A stretch of DNA of 64,000 nt from assembly GCA_038205685.1 (NCBI GenBank), contig JBBRBQ010000002.1, positions 108,548 through 172,547 of the forward strand, in the 5' to 3' direction. Positions 60,256 to 64,000 of this stretch are shown one piece after another; positions within the stretch are counted from its first letter, which is position 1, and each line of letters opens with the position of its first letter. The stretch is from Cytophagales bacterium (lineage in GTDB: Bacteria > Bacteroidota > Bacteroidia > Cytophagales > Cyclobacteriaceae). Made by a program: the position numbers and the translations under genes. Below the pieces are notes generated by a model. That model was not told the DNA's origin and ran no database searches. It saw only the letters and a program-made list of their open reading frames with translations.

Positions 60256-61107
60256 TTATTGATTAACAAAAACCATACTGAGTATGCCCAGCAATAAAAT
60301 CACTTTACACAGCCTACTCAATAGTTTAAAATCTTTTACCATATCTGCACGAATCAATAGTATCAGCAATATTCCCAATGGTATAAACAGAAATGCTATA
60401 AAATAATAAAGTGGTAGTTTAATAAAGAAATGATTTAATACTATTACTAAAATACCGAAGACAATCGTCAAGAAGTAAATGAAGAATTTTGTTTTTCGTA
60501 AACCCCAAACTATTGGCAAAGTTTGGCAACCAAAAGAACTGTCACCTTTCAAATCTTCCATGTCCTTTATAATCTCACGTAAGAGTGTCATGAAAAAAGA
60601 AAACAGTGAATATACTGTCACGAGATAACTTTCTACACCGTACAAAACATTGACAAGTTCAATAGAAAGTCCAATCAAAAGTGCCACAGCAAAGTTGCCG
60701 ATAAAGGGTTGGCGTTTCAGACTGTTAGAATACCACCATAATAAAAATGACGTAGAAAAAATGATAGCTCCTACTTTCCAATTCAATAAAAAGGCAATGA
60801 ACACGCCCGACATGGATAAAAGTGTATGCAAAAATAACGCTACCCTTCGTGGTATTTTCTTTCCGATTACTACGCGCTCGGGTTTGTTGATCAGATCAAT
60901 TTTTATGTCGTAATAATCGTTGATAATATAACCTGCAGCAGCAATAAGTAGCGTAGCCATTACAAGAAGAAACAGATGCCAATCAAAAAAATTGTTTCTG
61001 TCCAGCAGGAAGCATGCCGTAAAGTACTGCGCAAGCCCAATGATTATGAGGTTGCCAAACCTAGTTAGGCGCAACAATGCTGAGAACGATGCATACTGTA
61101 AAGCCAT
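60256..61107 (-). CDS. UbiA-family prenyltransferase (DGGGP-synthase-like)
   Basis: AGYIINDYYDIKIDLINKP.R and REIIKDMEDLKGD Asp-rich motifs; multiple TM helices; start may be at 61140. Confidence 0.85.
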   Translation of the reverse strand: MALQYASFSALLRLTRFGNLIIIGLAQYFTACFLLDRNNFFDWHLFLLVMATLLIAAAGYIINDYYDIKIDLINKPERVVIGKKIPRRVALFLHTLLSMSGVFIAFLLNWKVGAIIFSTSFLLWWYSNSLKRQPFIGNFAVALLIGLSIELVNVLYGVESYLVTVYSLFSFFMTLLREIIKDMEDLKGDSSFGCQTLPIVWGLRKTKFFIYFLTIVFGILVIVLNHFFIKLPLYYFIAFLFIPLGILLILLIRADMVKDFKLLSRLCKVILLLGILSMVFVNQ

Positions 61108-61200
61108 ACCCAAAGGTAAGGCTTCGTGGTAAAGCCACAAGTTATAAACTCCCCAAAAGATTTTTAGCTGTTACAATACTTTTGGGGAATTCAACAATTT

Positions 61201-63642
61201 TTAAAATCTAAATGCAACCATACCCAAATAATTTCTACCCGCTTGAGGATAGTAATAGTTTTGGCGAGTTTCTGCTCCCCCACCTAAATAACCGTACGTG
61301 TAGCCATTCGATGAATATTTTACATCCAACACATTGTTCAACAAAAATGAGAAAGAAATTTCGCGCATATGCTTTGGATGAATTGAATAAATAAGACGAA
61401 AGTCATTAATAAAATAGCCGTCAATCTTGCGCGTTTCATTGGAGCTATTATCTAAATATTGTTGACCAACATATTTTGAAAGCCATGTGGCATCCAATCC
61501 TTTCACAATAGTGTAAGTCAATGAAGAGCCGCTAATTAGGTTAGGTGAAAAAGAAATATCGGTATTCTGATAGCTCCGCTCCACAGCATTATACTCGTCA
61601 TAGTTTACACCATAATCATAAACCACTTCAGTAAAGTTCTTAATCTTGTTAGCACTGAAAGTAGCATTAGCACCCCAAGTTAGTTTTTTAAAAAGCCTTG
61701 TCGCTCCTTCCAATTCAATACCCTCGCGATAGCTATTGTCCACGTTAGTGCGGATAGAAGCTCCAACATCATTGAGTTTTCCAGTAAGCACTAGCTGATT
61801 GGTATAATCCATCAAGTAGTAATTAACATTAAACATCGAAGTACTATTTTTCCATTTCCATCCTACCTCAATGTTATGCAATGATTCCGGTTTGGCAAGC
61901 TGACCAGCAGGTGCGCTTACAAAATCATCTCGTGATGGCTCGCGATTGGCAACACTGTAGGAAGCATAGAAAAAATCATTAGATGAACGAGTATAGTTCA
62001 ATCCAAATTTTGGATTGAAGAAATTATAGTTGGATCCCACATTGAAATCACCAGTTTCTTTTCCATTGGCATGAAACGAGACAGCACGATACTGAAGATC
62101 CAAAAATCCATTCAATTTTTCCGTGAGTTGATAATTCGTTTTCCAAAAGACATTGAAGTCATTTTTCTTCCCTGTATTAAAATAATATTGATATGGGTTG
62201 ATAATGCCTGTGCCCGAAATTACTTCACCAAAGTGATCGCCAATATAATTGTTCCAACCTCCACCAAGAAGCGATGAAACTTTCTCCTCTTCATACTTTA
62301 CAGAATAGGTAATACCGTAGAAATCGTTTTTCAACCACAGCCTTCTCACCAAATCGCTAGAAGTAACTTGTTGTCCGTTTACCACCACGTTATTTAATCC
62401 ATACTTGTCATACGATTGATCATATTTGAATTCCTCATAATATCCTTGGCCATGCGTATAATGCAATGCAGCATTTGCAGAAAAGGAAGAATTGAATTGA
62501 TGCGAGTAATGCAACTGATAATGATTTTGACTATAATTATCAACTTGATTTTTATAAGTGTAAGTATTAAACGTTCGGCTATTAGAATTCAATAAATTAT
62601 TTGTTTGATCCTGATTCCATCCTTCGGCAGCAGCCGTTTCTAGCATTGCATTCGTATCATTATTCAAGCGCGATTGAGGTACACCATACCAGCTTTGATA
62701 GGTAACTTCATTGCCACCAAACACAATTGCCTTTAGAATAGATTTCTTTCCATAGTAGCTGGCAGCAGTGTAGTAGGACTTTAAATTGGAAGTTGCACGA
62801 TCAATAAATCCATCGGACTGAATCAAAGACAGGCGGCCATCGAAAGTGAATTTATTATTGATAAGGCCCGAACCAAAGCCCAGCGTATGCCTATGCGTGT
62901 TGAAAGAGCCATAGGTATTAATAACATCAGCATACGCTTTGTCATTGCGTGAAGCTGTTTGCAAATTGATGGAAGCACCGAATGCACCAGCGCCATTGGT
63001 TGAAGTGCCAGCCCCTCGTTGAATCTGAATACTTTGTGTAGACGATGAAACATCTGGAATATCTACCCAATAAGTTCCCTGCGATTCGCTATCGTTGTAA
63101 GGAATTCCATTAATGGTAACGTTAATGCGAGTGGCATCGCTTCCGCGGATACGTACGCCTGTGTACCCAACGCCTGCGCCAGCATCAGAAGTAGTAACAA
63201 CAGAAGGTGTCCAGTTCAACAGCATCGGCAAGTCTTGGCCAAAGTTTTGTTTTTGGATTGCTGATTTATCTAATGTTGTAAAAGTTGTAGGGCTCTTTTC
63301 CGTTGCACGAGTGGCTGTTACCACCACCTCATCCGTTATCTGTGCGGTTTCTTCTAGCTGTATGTCAATCGCTGTCGATCCATTAACATTAACTACTACT
63401 TTCTTTTCTGAATAACCAATAAAAGATGCACGAAGTGTTATTAAACTAGAAGGCAAATCCTTCAGTTCATAATAACCATCTGCACTACTTGATGCAATTT
63501 TTTGTGTTCCATCAATTTTGATGTACGCACCTACCAATGCTTCGTTTGTCTTTGCATCACGCACCTTACCAGAAAGCGTGAACTGCGCGCGCGCGCACAG
63601 CGACATCGTGACCAACGCCACAATCATTTTTACATTTAACAT
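61201..63642 (-). CDS. TonB-dependent receptor, probable thiamine uptake
   Basis: Signal peptide, carboxypeptidase-like N-domain, DEVVVTATRA, plug IRGSDATRINVTINGIP, C-terminal F; TPP riboswitch upstream; start trimmed to 63642. Confidence 0.92.
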   Translation of the reverse strand: MLNVKMIVALVTMSLCARAQFTLSGKVRDAKTNEALVGAYIKIDGTQKIASSSADGYYELKDLPSSLITLRASFIGYSEKKVVVNVNGSTAIDIQLEETAQITDEVVVTATRATEKSPTTFTTLDKSAIQKQNFGQDLPMLLNWTPSVVTTSDAGAGVGYTGVRIRGSDATRINVTINGIPYNDSESQGTYWVDIPDVSSSTQSIQIQRGAGTSTNGAGAFGASINLQTASRNDKAYADVINTYGSFNTHRHTLGFGSGLINNKFTFDGRLSLIQSDGFIDRATSNLKSYYTAASYYGKKSILKAIVFGGNEVTYQSWYGVPQSRLNNDTNAMLETAAAEGWNQDQTNNLLNSNSRTFNTYTYKNQVDNYSQNHYQLHYSHQFNSSFSANAALHYTHGQGYYEEFKYDQSYDKYGLNNVVVNGQQVTSSDLVRRLWLKNDFYGITYSVKYEEEKVSSLLGGGWNNYIGDHFGEVISGTGIINPYQYYFNTGKKNDFNVFWKTNYQLTEKLNGFLDLQYRAVSFHANGKETGDFNVGSNYNFFNPKFGLNYTRSSNDFFYASYSVANREPSRDDFVSAPAGQLAKPESLHNIEVGWKWKNSTSMFNVNYYLMDYTNQLVLTGKLNDVGASIRTNVDNSYREGIELEGATRLFKKLTWGANATFSANKIKNFTEVVYDYGVNYDEYNAVERSYQNTDISFSPNLISGSSLTYTIVKGLDATWLSKYVGQQYLDNSSNETRKIDGYFINDFRLIYSIHPKHMREISFSFLLNNVLDVKYSSNGYTYGYLGGGAETRQNYYYPQAGRNYLGMVAFRF

Positions 63643-63705
63643 TTTTTTAAAATAATTTAAACCCGCTGGCACATCGGGGAACGTACCATGCTTACAGTTT
63701 AATTT

Positions 63706-63790
63706 TTGCCTCCCTTCGTCCGCATTACCGGCATCAGGTTCTATGGGTATAATCTCAGCCCGTGTTTTTGGCACCCCTGCCCTAGACTTT
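63706..63790 (-). ncRNA. TPP riboswitch
   Basis: Minus strand reads GGGGUGCC...GGCUGAGAUUAUACCCAUAGAACCUGAUGCCGGUAAUGCGGACGAAGGGA, containing the canonical GCUGAGA, ACCC, ACCUGAU, GUAAU and CGnAGG elements. Confidence 0.95.
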
Positions 63791-63802
63791 TCTAGTGCGT
63801 TG

Positions 63803-63810
63803 CAAATGTA
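63803..63810 (-). promoter_or_regulatory. -7 promoter element for the riboswitch leader
   Basis: Reverse complement tacatttg, immediately upstream of the aptamer. Confidence 0.65.
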
Positions 63811-63875
63811 AGAGAATTAATTTAAAATGGGCATTTATAAGAAAGTGGCATCTAACTAATTACTATTTTTACTTT

Positions 63876-64000
63876 ATGCAAAAAGCAACTGTAAGTGGAA
63901 AGGAGTTTGAGATAATCTCCAACGATCAAGGTTTTGTTGTGAATGGAAAATCTATTGAGTGGGATCTGGTGAAAATCTCTGATGGCTACTTTCATATTCT
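63876..64000 (+). CDS. Partial CDS, probably a biotin-carboxyl-carrier/biotin-lipoyl domain protein N-terminus
   Basis: MQKATVSGKEFEIISNDQGFVVNGKSIEWDLVKISDGYFHI, open to the window edge; family call is from recalled similarity only. Confidence 0.55.
   Translation, partial: MQKATVSGKEFEIISNDQGFVVNGKSIEWDLVKISDGYFHI

Noticed and set aside
63643-63774. 44-aa N-terminal extension of the TonB receptor
   Set aside because: It runs through the TPP aptamer from a GTG inside stem P2; the signal peptide begins at 63642

Overview
Bacterial chromosomal window, most likely Bacteroidota, order Cytophagales. This is inferred from gene content, TAnnTTTG -7 promoter motifs, no evident Shine-Dalgarno sequences, and signal peptides followed by Gln. 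Most of it is housekeeping: cmk, tgt, hslU, lon, gcvT, dnaA, ispF, acs, rocD, hmgA, purN, the pxpBCA operon and a TPP-riboswitch-controlled TonB receptor. I found no rRNA, tRNA, CRISPR array, transposase or prophage. Notable points: (1) A ~110-bp GC-rich repeat occurs twice. One copy lies in an operon leader and the other is read in frame inside the N-terminus of a TPR-CHAT protease. (2) There are two paralogous TPR-CHAT proteases with intact His/Cys dyads. One sits in a tightly packed run with a RelE-type toxin-antitoxin pair and a MazG-like enzyme. (3) Methylmalonyl-CoA mutase is a single-chain fusion of small and large subunits. (4) Two small genes are missing from the ORF track: a 45-aa lipoprotein and a 59-aa antitoxin. 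(5) Three accessory genes (SIMPL, HEPN toxin, TPR protein) are each broken by an apparent 1-nt deletion. (6) A GH43 gene is translationally coupled to the 5-oxoprolinase operon. (7) Several intergenic hairpins are built from 7/8-nt modules. Family assignments come from motif recognition by eye, not database searches.
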